Assembly: GCF_001194135.2 (NCBI RefSeq)
Contig: NC_069000.1
Location: 44,126,810 to 44,190,809 of the forward strand
Direction: 5' to 3'
From: Octopus bimaculoides
Taxonomy: Eukaryota
DNA: 64,000 nucleotides
Each line of letters starts with the position of its first letter. Positions within the stretch are counted from its first letter, which is position 1. The notes beneath the pieces were generated by a model. The model worked only from the letters and a program-made list of their open reading frames with translations, was not told the origin of the DNA and searched no databases. Of the stretch, positions 63,715-64,000 are shown in pieces. Both the position numbers and the translations under genes were made by a program.

Positions 63715-64000
63715 TACTACTGCCACCACCACCACCACTATCGTCATCACTACAACTGCCATCACTATCATTAACACCACCACCATCATCACCACCACCA
63801 TCAACAACAACAACAACAACAACGACAAACTACCCTCACTGCAACACCTTCAGTATAACCACTGCCACCACCACCACCATCACCACCACTACCACCACCA
63901 TCATCACCACTGTCACTACTATTGCTGCCACTACTACCTCAGGACCACCACGACCACGACCACGACCACCATGACTACCCTCATCGCCACTGCCACAACC
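63715..64000. repeat. Compound (CCA)/(CAA)/(CGACCA) repeat
   Basis: Direct reading. Confidence 0.9.

Overview
AT-rich, repeat-saturated eukaryotic DNA from a draft scaffold with 17 N-gaps (about 4.8 kb in total). The SINE families, MITEs and very high microsatellite density point to an octopus (coleoid cephalopod) genome; this is an inference from recognised repeat sequences. I find no intact protein-coding gene. Nearly all ORFs in the supplied track are read-throughs of microsatellites or N-gaps. The window looks intronic or intergenic. It holds dozens of tRNA-derived and RTE-related SINE copies (informal labels A-D), decayed LINE fragments (RTE, L1/Tx1-like, R4/Dong-like), DNA-transposon MITEs (TTAA/piggyBac-type, hAT-type, Tigger/pogo-type), Helitron/Helentron relics and Penelope-like relics. 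The most interesting signals are: (1) a pri-miRNA-like hairpin at 34265-34406 whose arm differences favour the minus strand as RNA; (2) a minimal type I hammerhead ribozyme core at 42663-42708 inside a 15-bp inverted repeat; (3) an R4/Dong-like endonuclease-domain fragment embedded in (TAA)n at 61331-61670; (4) a 37-bp-arm palindrome whose arms differ only by transitions at 53196-53277; (5) a candidate 21-nt microexon at 45099-45119. Repeat boundaries are approximate. No database search or folding program was run.
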